This document shows positions 62,499-64,000 of a DNA stretch of 64,000 bases, piece by piece. Location: assembly GCA_051362555.1 (NCBI GenBank), contig CM120648.1:9854587-9918586 (forward strand). Direction: 5' to 3'. Both the position numbers and the translations under genes were made by a program. Under the pieces are notes generated by a model, which was not told the DNA's origin, did no database searches, and saw only the letters and a list, made by a program, of their open reading frames with translations. Position 1 is the stretch's first letter. Every line of letters starts with the position of its first letter. Origin of the DNA: Lingula anatina (taxonomy: Eukaryota; Animalia; Brachiopoda).

Positions 62499-64000
62499 CA
62501 GACTTGACATTTAATATGGAATATTTTTTTCCAAATCATTTTTCATCAATTTTTTTCTATTTTGCTGACTGATAAATGAAAATAAATATTAAAATCGTGT
62601 TTTAATAACTTTCAATTATCTCTTTGATATCATTTTGACATCAGTCCATTAATGGAATTCGCCAGAGAAGCAAACAAAAACACATTGCCTATTCTATGTC
62701 ATACGACAACAATTAAAGGAGATATTTTGGATCTCCATATTTTCCAAATAATTTTCTGTAAAAGAGATACACGCCTCACAAAGAACCCCCATGTCAGTGT
62801 CTAGTCACAGTAACGGTCGCTGTTACGCTTGACCTCTTCTGTTTGCTACCAGCGCTCTTAAGTGGCAAGGCATTCCTTGGGTTAGGTTTTTAGAGTTCAA
62901 TCTGGAATAACATTCCAGGCATCGGTCAAAATCTGTCCAATTTGGTCCAGTTTTGTTGTAGGACATGTAGGCCATTGATTCGGCGAGTAATGGCCTACCC
63001 ACATATTGTCTATGTGGTTCAAATATGGCGATTTTGATTACCAAGGTAGCTGCTCATTCCCTTGGTTTTGTAAGTAATCTGCTATTAAAAGTGCTATGTG
63101 TGTACCGGGAATTCCACCGTGCAACCTAAAATTGTTCCTAAGGTGCCCCCTATCAAATGATAGTCAAGTGGTTCTCAGATTATTCCTTTATTTGATCTGG
63201 TTCAGGTTTTCGTGGATGACCATCATTGGTGTTTTGGCACCAATGTGGTATCCACTCCAATTACTGAAGCTGTTAATGACCTTAGTCACTTTAGACGCGG
63301 CACACGCTTAGTCGTTGGCCTCTTCTGGATGTCTGTAAACTCTGTTTTGACTGGTTGAGCGGTACAGGTGAAAGCTGACCTCAATAAAGAAAGTCACGAG
63401 GTTTCAGTGTTCAACTCAGAAACGATCAGGGTCCCCAATTCATTAGAGAAACATACAACGATGTTTTGCTGTTTACAGTGGGTTTCCCTGAGGTCGTCTG
63501 GTATTCTAACCAGCTAAAACCAGTTTGGTATTCGCTAAGGGCCTTGAAAAATGCGTTTTGGTGGCAATTTACCCCTCATTCTGAACGGACTGGGTGGTTT
63601 TTGTTTAGTTGCAATAGCATATCCCGACAGACAGTGGGTCCTGTACCCTGGTGGTAAGATTTCAATACGTTGGTTGTGGCCTCTGTGTAGGTACATCAGT
63701 CTGGGCATTACTCTATAAAACTGTGCGGACCGTTTCGTTTGGCGCAATTTTCTGTCTGGCAATGTCTGTCTTTTTCGCGGCATTCTGCCACAGATAAACA
63801 AATATGCAGAGCACTGCATAGCTCATTTTACACCTTGCAAAACCGACCACCTGCATGCAAAATTTCAAATTCTTCTATGCAGTAGTTGCCGACATATGGA
63901 TACTTTTTTGACAGAACCATGCTTTGCCAAAGCAAAGCTTTGACCTGCCCAAAGGAGCACTACCCAATTAAATCACTGCATATTACATAATGCAGCAGCG
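62499..64000 (-). mobile_element. Degenerate Tc1/mariner transposon (runs off the window end)
   Basis: Terminus TA-CAGACTTGACATTTAATATGGAATA at 62497, same TIR family as the 17-18.6 kb element; minus-strand remnants such as L.QGMPCHLRALVANRRG (Tc1 C-terminus) and an HTH-like region near 63550-63800. Confidence 0.75.

Overview
AT-rich, intron-containing animal genomic DNA, probably from an invertebrate (a lophotrochozoan/mollusc is my inference, not something the sequence proves). Most entries in the ORF track are exon fragments or noise, so genes were rebuilt by hand from GT-AG junctions and reading-frame phase. From left to right: (1) a small secreted 9-Cys peptide gene on + (166-2028), absent from the ORF track and apparently nested antisense in an intron of (2) SMG8, whose first three coding exons lie on - (4811-2937); (3) head-to-head with SMG8, a complete KLHL17/actinfilin-like gene with 10 coding exons (7746-12900, 599 aa); (4) a two-exon DUF268 methyltransferase-like gene with an N-terminal membrane anchor (15475-20259), whose intron is almost entirely a 3.56-kb long-TIR transposon inserted 6 nt from the splice acceptor; (5) the main finding, a ~33-kb tandem array of five minus-strand paralogues (22.6-55.9 kb). 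Each encodes signal peptide + BRICHOS domain + R-K/R-K-R furin site + a ~100-110-aa Cys-rich C-terminal domain. The BRICHOS exons are nearly invariant, the released domain diverges, the copies look mosaic, and four of them share a promoter module. Tc1/mariner relics, LINE relics and many MITE-like elements fill the rest, and several insertions are confirmed by empty sites in sister paralogues. No credible gene was found in 56-62.4 kb.
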